Shown here piece by piece: positions 13,081 to 29,569 of a DNA stretch of 64,000 bases. Source of the stretch: Eledone cirrhosa (taxonomy: Eukaryota); contig OZ024743.1 of NCBI GenBank assembly GCA_964016885.1, positions 202,306,001 through 202,370,000 on the forward strand. Direction: 5' to 3'. The notes under the pieces are model-generated. The model saw only the letters and a program-made list of their open reading frames with translations, was not told the DNA's origin and did not search any database. Numbering within the stretch: position 1 is the stretch's first letter; every line of letters begins with the position of its first letter. Position numbers and translations under genes: made by a program.

Positions 13081-13870
13081 GTGGCTGCCAACTCGTTTTC
13101 GAGTACGGCCACTACTTTATATCCATGTAGGAGAAACCCTACCGATGCGCTGAACGAGTGTGACTCTTTAGTCCAGCCAGAGACTTGAAAACTCTGGTAC
13201 AAACACTACACTTGTGACAATTATTGACACATAGTAATGGGCCCATGGTACCATGTGACGACAAGTGCAGAGAGATCTCCAGATATAAAGCAATTCCTGT
13301 GCCGTGAAGCTTTTATAGTGAGCAAAGGCACTGCACAAAGCCAGTCCCACTCTCTTAACCAAGATGATATTTACCAAAAAGAAGAACAAGTCATCATCAT
13401 TGGATACCATCAGGGTTGCAGGTGTTATATCAGAGTTTTCCTTATCCTAGAACTATGTCTTGACAAAGGCTAAGGGGTCATCTCTCCCGGCGATTTTGCA
13501 TGGCCATTGACTCTTAAGAGCTCCTTTGCCTTTTGACAGGTTTTGTTTTTAGTCCTGCAGGATGTCCAAAATCACCCTCCTCACCAAGAAACCTTGGTGG
13601 GGTTGCCAGTTTAGTCGCCAACGACCCGACCATGTGACAGGTTGTACTGGGATACATGTTACCAGTAGCACAAACTGACTACCTTATTTACTGTGGCTAC
13701 CACCGATTGAATCCGGGATAAACTTATCTTTTAGCACTGACTGTGCCCCTCTTAACCATCACCAAGAAACCATGCTGACCAAACTCGACCTAAATTAATA
13801 GCACCATATTCCTTGGACAGTCGGCTTCCTGGTGATTTCTCCCGAATGAAACAATTCTAGTCCTGTAGAA
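13081..13870 (-). mobile_element. Probable RTE-clade LINE derivative with terminal C2H2 zinc-finger remnant
   Basis: Minus strand ~13139-13225 reads KCSVCTRVFKSLAGLKSHTRSAHR*, a C2H2 finger as at RTE ORF C-termini. More GC-rich block flanked by microsatellites. Confidence 0.5.
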
Positions 13871-13878
13871 GTCTTTTC

Positions 13879-14014
<136 letters not shown>

Positions 14015-14190
14015 TGTGTGTATGTGTGTGTATGTGTGTGCATATACATACATACAGTTATACATATATATATATATACAAACATATATGTTTAAACGCT
14101 ACTTCCGAAATGAGTACTCATTTTACTTGTCATTTATCAACACGCACACGCACACACACACACACACACGCACACACACACGCACACACA

Positions 14191-14243
<53 letters not shown>

Positions 14244-15858
14244 TTATGTATATATTATCTCTTGCTGAAGGACTAAGTGCTTCCCCTTCTCAAAATACAT
14301 CATACATTGTATGTGTGCACCTATGTTTGTATATGTGTACGTGTGTATCTAAACAAGGTTCCTTCAGTAATACTGAGAACAAGACATTGTTCCTGTGTAA
14401 TTTTAGATTTTTATTTAAATAATCATATTTTCATATTAATCATTTGTATTAGATTAGGTAAATTAGTTTCCTAGATGCTCCAAGATATTTCAACTTTCAC
14501 CTTGTGAACGAAAACGTTGCGTTTTAGAATGTTGTTTTCTTTACTTGACGCACTTTTATATTGCGGAATGAAGATCCTCTGGATGATGTATTTATTGATA
14601 ATATGACCATCGCATGATTTCTCATATTATTCGTTAAGTTCAAGTTATCTAACATATAACTGTTATTGGTTTATTAGGATTTATAGATGCGTTTTACACA
14701 TTGGTTTATATTATGCTACTAATAAAGCTACGATTCTTAATCTAATTATGATCCATTGATATGTTGTTTCGTCTTCTTTATTCCAACCCAACAATGCTAT
14801 AATAGCGTCTTATTGTAAATCAACCGGAGAGACATTGCGTATCTGATGTAACAGCGTGAATAATGAAGAATACAATTTACTGTTTACATTGAAATAATTG
14901 TATAACATTGGATATCTAAGATATAGTCTGTGGGTTGTTTGTTTGGGTTTTAGTGTTGATGAGTAAGTTTTGTTATGCTGATTCTCTAGTATATTATTAC
15001 TGTTGGTTTCTGATTAGACATAATTTATTTTTTATGATATATTCATCAATTATTTAACTGTGAAACTCCGGTTCATATGTATTTTTACTGTTGCACTTGA
15101 GTATGAAAATTACAGTTGATGATTTCTATTATTAACCAGGCATTTCTCTTCGATTTAGAAATGGAAGTCATGATGCATTTGTGATATTTCTCTCGTTGGT
15201 AATGTTGTTAAACGAATATTGACTTCAGCTTCTTGAAATAGTATGTATGCTCTGTTCCAATCTTTAAACACGACCGGTTTTCTTTTCTTGTTTGCAGATG
15301 AAAGTTCATGAAAAAAGACATCTTTCTTCTGTTTTAAATACAATTCAACTCGCTCGATGATACTTTCTAAGAACCCGAGGAAATTTGTTGGATACCTGGG
15401 TGTCTGCTATTACAACTTTATTATTCTACAACTGTGCTGATTATGCTTGCTGAAACTGTCATTCGTGGATTATGACACTGATAGGTCAGCATCGATTTTA
15501 ATGTCCCTAAAATAAATGTATTAGTCAATGAGAAGCAAATTTGAGAGCGATGCATTTATCTCATCGAAAAAATTATTCTTGCCGCGATTTGAATTTGACA
15601 TTTCAACGGCCAGAACTAAATATCAACATTTCTCCAGATGCTTTCACGGTGCTAGAATTTTAATTGCAGGAAGAAACTATCTGACGGGATTTCTTAATGT
15701 TTCCGGCTACTGAATTTCACATAAAAGATTTTGTCCAACTCGAGTCTATGGCAAATATATTTACCTTAGTTGGCTGGCATTGTGATCGAGCATCGAACCT
15801 CATGATTATGGAGTGAACTTTTGAACCACTCAGTCATATTTGTGTCCACACATTAAAT

Positions 15859-15985
15859 AATTGTTTCTAATTTTGGCACAAGGCCAGCGATTATCGAAGT
15901 GCATTACTGGTACTTTATTTATTTAAACCCCGTAAGGATGAAAGGCAAAGTTAACTACGGTGGGATTTGAACTCAGAACGTAAAG
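15859..15985 (-). mobile_element. tRNA-derived SINE (type 2), partial
   Basis: B box GAGTTCAAATCCC and 3' end GGCCTTGTGCCAAAA.TAGAAACAATT, shared with 21441, 43496 and 47233. Confidence 0.7.
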
Positions 15986-16620
15986 GGCCATAACTCTATG
16001 CTTACAAATTAAATAATGTTGTTGCAAATAATCCAAGATCGACATAATGGTAAGTATTCGAATACATTTTTTCCTGTGTCTGAAGAACAACAATACCTCA
16101 CTACTATCTCCAAAAACGATTTAAAAAAATGTACCAATAAAAAAACCCAAAATGATGAGACCAAAATAGTATACAACGACATGAAGGTCATCTACCTTAA
16201 AACAAAACAAACGTAGATTGCTTTTGCATCTGACTTATGACAAGAAAATGTATGATATTTAGAAAGAGTAGGAGAGACCTACAAAGTTCTAAGGAGGAAC
16301 TGATTAAATGTAACAACTGAACTCTTACTCTCTCATATTCCTTGCTCACTGCTACTCTCTGGGAACAGTCTACAGAGAAAAAATACGATGAATTAAATAA
16401 CTGCGAGGGGAAATAATGAGATAGTGTTCTATCATGCCATACCAACATAACAACTGTTTAGAAAGTAAGAAATCGTGCAACATTAAATTGGTAAATATGC
16501 CAATTCATCAGAAAGACAACACACATTCAAATACACATATAAGCGCACGCTCGTAAATCTAACTCCTCTTTTTCCACCTCTATCTTTTCCTTTGTATATT
16601 TACATGTGTGAAATTAAAAA

Positions 16621-19140
<2,520 letters not shown>

Positions 19141-19622
19141 CCATATTCCCTCTTTTGTAAAGTAAACACCGAGAAAATATGCAGTTATAAATATTCATTT
19201 CATCGAAATTTGTTATGTATGTTGTTGAGGCGATAATATTCACAAATTTTCTGAATTCCTTATATGTGTATTAACGAATTTCTTTTCTTAAATATCACTG
19301 TTGTGATATTGAGCTTCAGAAAATTATTTTCTCTTCACATCGAGACGGAAAAACATAAACATTGAAGTCACCTTAATATATTAAAATATATATATTCTCA
19401 GGAAAACATTTCTTTTATTCCTTAACTGGTAGCCTTCATTAAACCCCAGTTATGATGTAGCACATCCTTGAGGGAATTTTAGTCGATCAGAATTAGCCTA
19501 GTACTTAAGTAACGAGATCTGTACACAGACATGGGCACAAATGTAAACATAGGCACACACAGAGACACATACACATTCGCACACTGTCACGAATACGCAC
19601 ATACATACACACACATACATTT

Positions 19623-19680
<58 letters not shown>

Positions 19681-19690
<10 letters not shown>

Positions 19691-20211
19691 AAAAAAATAA
19701 TGAATAAAACAATGAAAGAGTTCCTTATATTAAACAAAAAAAGTTCATTATTTAACGATCGTTTCTAGGACATATATGTGTTAGAATTGGCATGCATATT
19801 CAAAAGATCTATGTACAAAATTATACAAACTATCAAAGAGAATATACATACCAACACATATATATGCTGTCTTCAGAATTATTTCTGAAGACAGCATATA
19901 TATGTGTTGGTATGTATATTCTCTTTGATAGTTTGTATAATTTTGTACATAGATCTTTTGAATATGCATGCCAATTCTAACACATATATGTCCTAGAAAC
20001 TATCGTTAAATAATGAACTTTTTTTGTTTAATATAAGGAACTGTTTCATTGTTTTATTCATTATTTTTTTAATGTTTTATCTTGACTCTGTATTCCGTTT
20101 ATCTTTCACCGAAAGTGATTTTTGAATGCATCTCTTCTTTCCATGATATCCGGATTACATTGAGTTCTTCATACGGATTGGACACTATCGTAAACTTTTG
20201 GTAGATTTATC

Positions 20212-20215
<4 letters not shown>
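19681..20215 (+). mobile_element. Fold-back element, family C: 400-bp near-perfect palindrome 19681-20080 plus tail 20081-20215
   Basis: 200-bp arms with only a few mismatches, centre 19880|19881. Flanked by (TA)n. Tail ends CTACA-(TA)n like family A. Confidence 0.85.
19878..20014 (+). ncRNA. Hammerhead motif with ~105-nt extended stem II (family C); mirror copy on minus strand ~19747-19883
   Basis: ATTATTT-CTGAAGA-[long hairpin]-GAAA-CTATCG-TT-AAATAAT. The minus copy keeps the palindrome AACGATCGTT. Confidence 0.75.
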
Positions 20216-20260
<45 letters not shown>

Positions 20261-21440
20261 ATATATGTGTGTGCGCATATATGTATGTATATATACGTCA
20301 TCTCGTGGTTGCAGCAAAACCTTCTGGCCCAAGTTTCTGAGCGGTACCGGGATTTTATTCCATGTGTGTGTGTATGCTTGTGAGTGTGTATGTGCATGAA
20401 TATGTGTGTTTGTGTCTGTGAGGGTATGTGTGTGTGCGTGTGTGTATAATTTTTTTTAGTTTACGTTTGTGTCTATTTGTGTTTATGTTTCGTAACCTAA
20501 CACTTCAACAAAAAAGAGATTATAATATAAGTATCATACTCTCAAAGCGAAGTATTTGGATAGATATGATGAAATAAACGAGGGCTGTGCTCTAACGTCG
20601 TCACAGTCTAGCAAAGTAAATGTATAAAATAATAAAAGCTTATTTTATGCTTCCGCCTATCTTAGAATCCCAACAACCATTATAGCGTTTGGATTTTCAT
20701 TTAGCGTGAGTTTGCAAACATTTAAAATGTGTCCATGATATATAATGTAAAATGGTTATTTTATAGACTTGCTGTAAATTTGCTGTACCATTCCAATTTA
20801 AGTTTTTCTGAAATACTAATAGGAAGATAAAAAAAACATCTCTCGCTGATAACGAGTTATGAAATTTATGCGATGTTGTGTACAATTATAATATTTTCTC
20901 AAAGATATCTGCTACGCTTAATCAAGATAAACTAGACAATAAACTGCCAATGGAAATGTCGTTACATACCTTATAGTGTACACTGATTTATACGTTGCTT
21001 TTAATAGCTGAAATACAGATAGAGATTCAATCATTGGCCTCTGATTTTGCTGGAGCTAGTACAGTCAATTACTTCAAATGCAATACTTGATTTACTGCTT
21101 TATTATAGTATCAAAAGTAGAGTAACAGGGATAACCGTAGTAAATTTAGAACTCAGAACTTAAAAGAATCTACAAAATACCCCAAGGCATTTTGTCTGAT
21201 CTTATAGTACATCGATACTGTTAGCCACATGCTACATACACACAAATGCACGTACTAAAAAAGGTATTTCACAGGAATACCTCGAAGTGCAAGAAACGAT
21301 TTTAAACTACAAACGGCAACATGGTACTTTAACACTAGTTCCATCAATTCATGCAAATGTGTACACCTCCATTGTCAATTGAGGGATTTTAGGTCAGGTA
21401 GCAAAACGATTTTTACATTAAAGCCAATTTAATATATTTC

Positions 21441-21622
21441 ATGGCAGTATCGGTAGAGGGTCGGACGCCATGCTTTGATGCAAAGAGTTACGGCCTTTTC
21501 CATTGTGAGTTCAAATCCCGCCGAGGTTAACTTTGCCTTTCAACCTTACGGGGTCGATAAAATAAAGTACCAGTAATACACTGGATAATTGCTGGCCTTG
21601 TGCCAAAAGTAGAAACAATTAT
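21441..21622 (+). mobile_element. tRNA-derived SINE (type 2)
   Basis: TGGCAGTATCGG (A-box-like), GAGTTCAAATCCC (B box). Similar to 43496-43684. Confidence 0.75.
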
Positions 21623-21708
21623 TATCGCTAAAGGTGATAAATGTTTTATTCAAAATGTTACACACATTTTTCTTCCAAACAGCCTTTAAATGCGAATAAC
21701 TGTATAAG

Positions 21709-21753
<45 letters not shown>

Positions 21754-21761
21754 ATCCCCCC

Positions 21762-21792
<31 letters not shown>

Positions 21793-22656
21793 CCCCCCTC
21801 TCTCTCTCTCTCTCCCTCTCTCTCCATATATATATATATATATATTTGTTTTGAAATTGTTATAATATTGCCAGAAGTATTAATAAAACATACTCACTGC
21901 TTGATTTGGATTGTTTTATCATAGATTGACCAACGGTGAAAAATATAGATATGAATATATTTATATAGTCTATGAAAGTTCTTTCACCACACACCTATGC
22001 CATCATCAGTGGCACTATTATGTTTTCTCTCATTTTATTGTAATGTCTATTCCATTTTTATTTAATTAATTTATTTATTTATTCTTGTCTCAGTTTGCGC
22101 ATGCGTTTTGGTGCTTTCTGTTTGCTGTGTGTTCGTGTCTGAGTCTGTGTGTTTGTATTCTATCTTTTCTCACTAGTTTGTGTTTATGTCTGCTTGTTGT
22201 TATTGTACCTATGTATATTTATCTAAGGTCACTATTGTGTGTTTGTGTATGGTTGTTTTTGTTATTCCATTCATTTTTTTTTCTGTTCAACTTCGCTTTT
22301 CTTTGTTCTATTTCATTTGTTTCTCTGATTTGTTTACCTATTGGGTCATTTCTATGTTTAGATATTATTTTAATTTTTATGTTGTCTATATTACCACCAT
22401 GTCTTTGTCTGCGGTGTTCATATGCCAGATGTCACATTACCTTCAGAGTTTAACAAAGACAATACACAAAATATCTATGTTGGTACTACAACCAACGAAG
22501 AAAAACAGCATATTCTACAATTATCACCAAAGCTCACTACTGATAAACCCAGTACGATACTCCCAACTGTAGAGATCGTTCCCAAAGACCAATAGGTTGT
22601 CCAGCTAACAGATCCTGTGCCACACCATGGACATCAGTTTAAAATGCTGATTACCG

Positions 22657-22687
<31 letters not shown>

Positions 22688-22689
<2 letters not shown>

Positions 22690-22784
22690 AACCAGTAAGA
22701 CCCCAAATTACCCACTCTACTACCTCAAGTATTGAGTACTTTGGTGCGTTATGGTCCACCTGGTTCCTTACCACATTTCCTTCG

Positions 22785-22786
<2 letters not shown>
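22688..22786 (+). mobile_element. Family B tail fragment in (TA)n
   Basis: TTACCCACTCTACTACCTCAAGTATTGAGTACTTTGGTGCGTTATGGTCCACCTGG, also at ~40556-40612 and inverted at 44135-44210. Confidence 0.7.
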
Positions 22787-22835
<49 letters not shown>

Positions 22836-22958
22836 AAATATATATAGTAATAATAAATGTGAAGACTAAAATCCGAAGAGGACTCGCTAACGATTATATA
22901 TATATATAAAATATATATAAACCCATAGAGAAAATATTTTTTATAAGAGCAGACTAAA

Positions 22959-23007
22959 GTTTAAGCAGAGCATCGCTGCTTTCACCCTACACGGGATCTT
23001 CTGAAAC
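22959..23007 (-). ncRNA. Hammerhead-like motif with non-canonical U4A core and a full stem III
   Basis: Minus strand: GTTT-CAGAAGA-TCCCGTGTAGGGT-GAAA-GCAG-CGATGCT-CTGC-TT-AAAC. Confidence 0.55.
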
Positions 23008-23014
23008 AACAAAA

Positions 23015-23083
<69 letters not shown>

Positions 23084-23286
23084 TTAGAGTTATAAACTCA
23101 AAATAGTATTTTACAATTAAAGGCTATTGCCAATATAGATTTGTTTTTATTGATTTATTATTTTAAATCGAGACAGGCAAACCGTATTACTTTAATTAGT
23201 ATTTTTCAACTTAGCTAACTTGGTCATTTGCAATGCGAACACATGTATACTTGTATCAGTGTTTATCCCTATCATATATTCATTTG

Positions 23287-23445
<159 letters not shown>

Positions 23446-23824
23446 TTACGGGTTTCAATCATTAAACGCCGGCCATGCTGGGGCTAAAAAGTTTCAATTT
23501 AAAAAAAAGAAAAAATGTTATCTTTTAGATTGATTTCCAATCCATTGAATTACTGATCTTGGTGTCTTCTTATGAGACACCACGAACCCTGTCATGCTTT
23601 TAATTCAAACATGTGATATTTTATACACCATACACATTCGACGAGCCATCCTTTCAAAATACGTCTGGTTATATCTTTCCTCATGAGCAGATATTTTCAC
23701 TAGTACCACGCAAGAGTAACATTGTTTTCAATATCACAAAAACTCAATGAAGCTCATATTTTGAATGTTATATTTATTATTTTTGTCTTTCAACATTTAT
23801 TATTATACTTTTTGTTGTATTCAA

Positions 23825-23982
23825 ATGATGTTGATGATGATGATGATGATGATGATGGTGGTGATGATGATGATGATGATGATGATAATGATGATGGCGA
23901 TGATGATGGTGATTGCTAAAGAAACATTGCTATTTCAGCATGAAAATACGATTACTTTCATTATTATTGTCATTGCTGCTTC

Positions 23983-24057
<75 letters not shown>

Positions 24058-24070
24058 CAACAACAACAAC
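23825..24070. repeat. (GAT)n, (AAT)n and (AAC)n microsatellites
   Basis: Directly visible. Confidence 0.9.
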
Positions 24071-24575
24071 ACTGCTAATAATACCATTAATAATATTAAA
24101 TCAACAACAATGATTGTTGTTGTTATTCTACTTCTTCTTCCTATTGATGTAGTTGTTGTATTGTTATATAGTTGTTGGTATTGTTTTAATTTATTAATTA
24201 TTTTACTGCAATGTTTTGTTTGATTTTTGTATATAAACAAAAGTATTTTATTTATTTTTCAGTATTTTATCATGCTTAGAAACGAGACGGAAATAAATTC
24301 CTTCGTATATATGCAAACAGTCTGAGATTGGTTTTGTATAGGTTTTGGAATTCATCATTGGTGTCGGTGATGAGAATCAGTTATGAAGTTTATATAACTT
24401 TATACATGCTTTATACACTTATATACACTTATATACATACAGATATACAAATATATTTACATATGTGTGGATATATGTGTGGATATATGTGGATGTGTGT
24501 GCTTAAATATAGATGTGGGTAAGTCTGTGTATATATGTATATATATGTATATGTATATGTGTGTATATATGTATA

Positions 24576-24618
<43 letters not shown>

Positions 24619-24987
24619 GTGGGAAAGTAAAAAAATCGGAGAATAGACCGTTAAAACATGTTTATTTAAAACAGCACCTACGTACGTTTCGCCCAGTTGG
24701 GCTTCTCAAGGGCATAAATAATCACAAGTGTTCCTTATATTGCTCGGAAAGAGTTTTTGGGGTTAAATCCACACCAAATATCTTGTTTTGATTTTGCAGC
24801 AGGTCAGGGGAGGTAACTCTGGCCGGTGTTAGGGCAGTCTTTCCCGGACATTTTTTTTTTTTTTTCTTGCCGCAACTGTTTGTCTGAGGCTGGGTCTGGT
24901 ACGCAAGGATTGTTTCCTGGGTGTTATTTTGCAGCGCCTGTCCGCCGGGGTGTTAAGACTTGTTGCAGGGAGATCAGGTGTACGGTT

Positions 24988-26843
24988 TCACTCCTCATCC
25001 TTAACCCATCTGAAGAAGGATATTTTTAAGCGATGTGTACAACTTATCGCTGTTTCAGCTCTGCTGTTGATGAGATCGTGGGGTGCAGTTATGATATGGT
25101 AGAGCTCCATGAGGCAAAGATCGCATTTCCTCTTGAAGTTGTACGGTGCAGCTCTGCCGACAATCTCCCAGTGCGTGGAGAAGCTGATGTTTAAGTCCTC
25201 TAGTTATGTGATGTAGTCCGCGAGCGAAGTGGAGTGCCTTAGTTTTCTATTTGTGAAAGAGTGGAGATGTGTTCGAAACCTAATTTTGAACGGGCCGGAG
25301 GTAGCCCCTATATAATGTTTAACGCTATTGTGGCTGGTAATAGTTCATCTATATATAACCCTATCAGTCAAGCAGTATCCTATAAGGGGGCAGCGTCCTC
25401 TGTTGCGGCAGTTGCAATTTCTGTCGCGGTTCCGTCTATTTCCCACGGTAAGGCTATCATTGTTGCTGCCTACGTTGTTACCTACACTACCGCAGCTGTC
25501 GTTAGCACCATTACAACCCACAGCACGCGGGGTGGTGCGATTGTTATTCCGCACGTCATGTCCTGCATGGTCTCCAGTCATTTCGCGGTTATGCTGGTTG
25601 CGTCTGCGGATGCCGTTGCCAACACTATTGGATGCTGCCAGGGAGTTGTTAAGGCCGATATATTTATTGTCAGGTGTATGTGCGTCTGTGTCGAGGTGCT
25701 GTATCTTGGTGATCTTACTGTGGTTCGTTGTTCCTATGATGTCTGCTAGGTTAGGAGTAGTAGAGAAGGATATTTTTATATTGTTCCTATTAAGAATTTT
25801 CCTATACCTATGGTTGGGCGGCAAGTTCTTCTGTAAGGCTTCAAAGAACATCCGGGGTAAGCTGGAGGCCACACTCCGAGAGTGGAACCCTAGGACATTA
25901 CGGTGGCGATTACGTGTCCTTGTACTTTTGCTAGGGGTGGTTCCATCTAGGTGACCGCTCTTATGTGTGTTAATGCGCAGTCGCCCGTTCGGTGCCCCTT
26001 TCACTTTATGCTCGGGTGCACTCTTCCTACCTCTTCCATGTTTATGTACACGAAGATGTTGGTTGGAAGGCGTGTGTAGTAGGCCGTCGCCTAGGGGAAT
26101 AGTTCGAGTAATCTACACAGTTCACCGTCGCCGGGGTCGTGATCTTTGGTGCGGTTATCTATTCTATTATATCCGACTTCAACGAGGTCGCCGCGTGATC
26201 GGTTATAGGTATGGCTTACTATAACGTTTGTTTTATGAGGGCGGGGTTCTAGAGCTAGCGTTAGGGATGTAGGAAATTCCTCGGTTAAAGCCGGCACTTA
26301 TCAGGGCCCTATTGTAGTAATCTGCCGCTTGGTTGAAGATATCCTCATTGGCGGATAGCCTCGAGATTCTATGTGAGATACTATAGACTATGGAGTTGAG
26401 AGTCTGCTTAGGGTGGTTGGAGGCATAATTAATATAAGAGAGGCACTCTCCAGGCTTATGGTATGGCTTGTATAAGCCCGTACTCAACTCCAGGGTCACG
26501 TCCAGGAAGTTGACAACCCTGTGGTTGAGGTCCATAGTTACGGATAGGCCGTATGACTTGAAGAACCTGTGTATATGTTTGTTAAGGTTCTCTATCCTAC
26601 GGGGGCTACGGTTCCTAACGGTAAACAGGGCGTCGTCCCTATATACACCTCCTTGTAGGGCCTGTATCTCTTCCCTAAGCTTATGTAGGAGGTATATCCT
26701 GACCAGGTCAGTTGCTTGCGCTGAGTCACTGGACCCCATCGTGACATCGAAGTTATCAGGACGGTTGGTTCTAGTCCAGTGGGAGCCTTCGAACTGGATA
26801 ATGGTTCTACACGCCGCTAGAATTATGTCTATTTCTTTTTTAG
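24988..26843 (-). pseudogene. PLE RT and C-terminal GIY-YIG endonuclease, disrupted
   Basis: FDVTMGSSDSA, GVYRDDAL, VNFLDVTL, SNHP, SRLS (RT and thumb). CNCRNRGRCPLIGYCL..VIYR..YIGAT..FKIRFRTH and KCDLCLMELYHII..LINSRAE..CTH (GIY-YIG region). Internal stops and frameshifts. Confidence 0.88.
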
Positions 26844-27093
26844 AGGATACTGCTTGACTGATAGGGTTATATATAGATGCACTATTACCAGCCACAATAG
26901 CGTTAAACATTATATAGGGGCTACCTCCAGCCCGTTCAAAATTAGGTTTCGAACACATCTCCACTCTTTCACAAATAGAAAACTAAGGCACTCCACTTCG
27001 CTCGCGGACTACATCACATCACTAAAGGACTTAAACATCAGCTTCTCCAAGCACTGGGAGATTGTCGGCAGTGCTGCACCGTACAACTTTTGA
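26844..27093 (+). pseudogene. Inverted duplicate of the PLE GIY-YIG segment
   Basis: RVIYRCTITSHNSVKHYIGATSSPFKIRFRTHLHSF...WEIVGSAAPYNF. Confidence 0.85.
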
Positions 27094-27198
27094 CCTGCTG
27101 CAAAATCAAAACAAGATATTTCTGCGAGCAATGAACCTTAGTGTGGATTTAACCCCAGAAACTCTTTCCGAGCAATATAAGGAACACTTGTGATTATT

Positions 27199-27242
27199 TA
27201 TGCGCTTGAGAAGCCCAACTGGGCGAAACGTACGTAGGTGCT
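27199..27242 (+). ncRNA. PLE pLTR hammerhead motif, U3-A8 core variant; mirror copy on minus strand 24674-24714
   Basis: TTGAGAA-GCCCAACTGGGC-GAAA-CGTACG-TA-GGTGC. Palindromic stem III ACGTACGT; stem I imperfect. Confidence 0.7.
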
Positions 27243-27456
27243 GTTTTAAATAAACATGTTTTAACGGTCTATTCTCCGATTTTTTACTTTCCCACGTGCT
27301 TACGCTCTGCTAACTCTCTAGCCCACTAAATATTAACACTTCGAATAATTAATACTGCCGGCACTAGTATCGAGCACCTTTGGCATACGCTACTTGGCAA
27401 ATAACTATATGTATCACCTATCCTCCCCTTTTTTTCTCTTTCTCGATACGTAAATA

Positions 27457-27519
<63 letters not shown>

Positions 27520-27520
27520 A

Positions 27521-27647
<127 letters not shown>

Positions 27648-27659
27648 TATATATATATA

Positions 27660-28237
<578 letters not shown>

Positions 28238-28363
28238 TTGTGTCTATAAATATATATATGTGTGTATAAGTATATATATATGTGTGTATATATGTATGTA
28301 TGTATATATGTATACATATGTATGTGTGCGTGTGTGCCTGTCTGTCTGTATGTGTGTGTGTAC

Positions 28364-28525
28364 GCGTGGCTGAGTGGTAAGAGATTTGAATTCGCAATTA
28401 TGAGATAGTGCGTTCGGTTCCCGAACCGTGCAATGTATTATGTCCTTGAGCACTGTGGTCTTTGTCATTGGAAAGACCAATTGAAACAATGTTTCCTTGG
28501 TCCGATTTGACAAATGTCGATTGAT
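28364..28525 (+). mobile_element. tRNA-derived SINE (type 1), internally deleted
   Basis: TGGCTGAGTGG A box, GTTCGGTTCC B box, GTCCTTGAGCA core. Similar to 44361-44577. Confidence 0.7.
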
Positions 28526-28592
28526 TGTCGACATATATGCAAAAAGCCAACAAAGAAAAGCAACTTCGTAAACGATGCAGTACAATGATGGT

Positions 28593-28645
<53 letters not shown>

Positions 28646-28648
<3 letters not shown>

Positions 28649-29026
28649 GATATTAATAAATGGAAACTATATTTATAAAACTATATTTATTTCATTATAC
28701 ATATTTCAGGGATACCAAATAAAATTATGGTATGCCTTCATCAGACAAAATAGAATATATAACAGTTTTACAAATAAGCTCTGACGTACCCTTTTAAAAT
28801 GCAACCATTATTATGTAAAACTGTTATATATTCTATTTTGTCTGATGAAGGCATATCATAATTTAATTTGGTATCCTTGACATATGTATAATGAAATAAA
28901 TATGGTTTTATAAATATAGTTTCCATTTATTAATATCGTATATCTACTCCAAATACTTGTCGAGTGCTTTATATCAGTTATAAAAATATTTACTTGTTGT
29001 ATCCCAACAACTTTAAATAGAACTTT

Positions 29027-29030
<4 letters not shown>
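28646..29030 (+). mobile_element. Fold-back element, family E: arms 28646-28772 and 28815-28943, tail 28944-29030
   Basis: Inverted arms with HHR, in (TA)n. Degenerate relative at ~42870-42995. Confidence 0.8.
28688..28752 (-). ncRNA. Hammerhead motif (family E); plus-strand mirror 28834-28898 has GAAA>GACA
   Basis: Minus strand: TATTTTGT-CTGATGA-AGGCATACCA..TGGTATCCCT-GAAA-TATGTA-TA-ATGAAATA. Confidence 0.75.
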
Positions 29031-29087
<57 letters not shown>

Positions 29088-29569
29088 ATATATATAAGAT
29101 TAACGATTAATATAGTAGGAAAAGAATCGAATTTGAAGACACAGAGTCGAACTTCAACAGCAGTTAGACTCTAGTGGCATAATAATTCATGTTTGAAGGA
29201 CCTAAATATAAACCTGCCAACCTCTAAAAACCTAAACGTGCAGTACCATGAAATAAAGCACCCCAAAATGGGGAGAAATAATGGAAGATGGGGAGACTTA
29301 TATAATTAAAACTATACCCATTTTCACAAGAGAAAACATCTCTCACCCACCCCGAAGTGGGCGGGAGGTCACCCCGTCGGACGTAGTGAGTTGACAGGTC
29401 TGCAGATAATAGAAAAATAAAGCCTCTCACTTTCGTAAACAACGTGCACCTTGGTTTGGTATTATAAATAATCACCTTACAATCGTAAACCCATCTCTAT
29501 TACCACTAAGCTACACGCCTACACAATGCTATATATCACCAATTCTTGATTGTCAAGCATAAGATTAAA

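Larger units (their letters stand above)
24617..27459 (-). mobile_element. Penelope-like retroelement (Naiad-like), 5'-truncated, with inverted second segment and tail, inserted in (TA)n
   Basis: Minus segment 24617-26843 carries RT, GIY-YIG and pLTR. Plus segment 26844-27297 is the inverse of 25137-25381 joined to the inverse of 24617-24807. Unique tail 27298-27459. Confidence 0.9.

Noticed and set aside
19781-19980. Two near-identical 62-aa ORFs on opposite strands
   Set aside because: By-product of the family C palindrome.
21968-22024. CTGATGA...GAAA on the minus strand
   Set aside because: Stems I and II do not pair convincingly.
22447-22595. Possible host exon (AG acceptor, ~50 open codons)
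   Set aside because: Ends in a stop, has no recognisable domain and no partner exons. It cannot be supported without transcripts.
25345-25347. In-frame TGA at a Cys position of the PLE GIY-YIG (selenocysteine, as reported for some Naiads)
   Set aside because: The inverted duplicate has TGC at this codon and the same arm also has a TCA>TAA stop, so simple decay is more likely. I identified no SECIS.
26854-26964. N-terminus MEMCSKPNF... of the 243-aa RT ORF
   Set aside because: It is the antisense of the inverted GIY-YIG segment fused at the inversion junction, not a real N-terminus.
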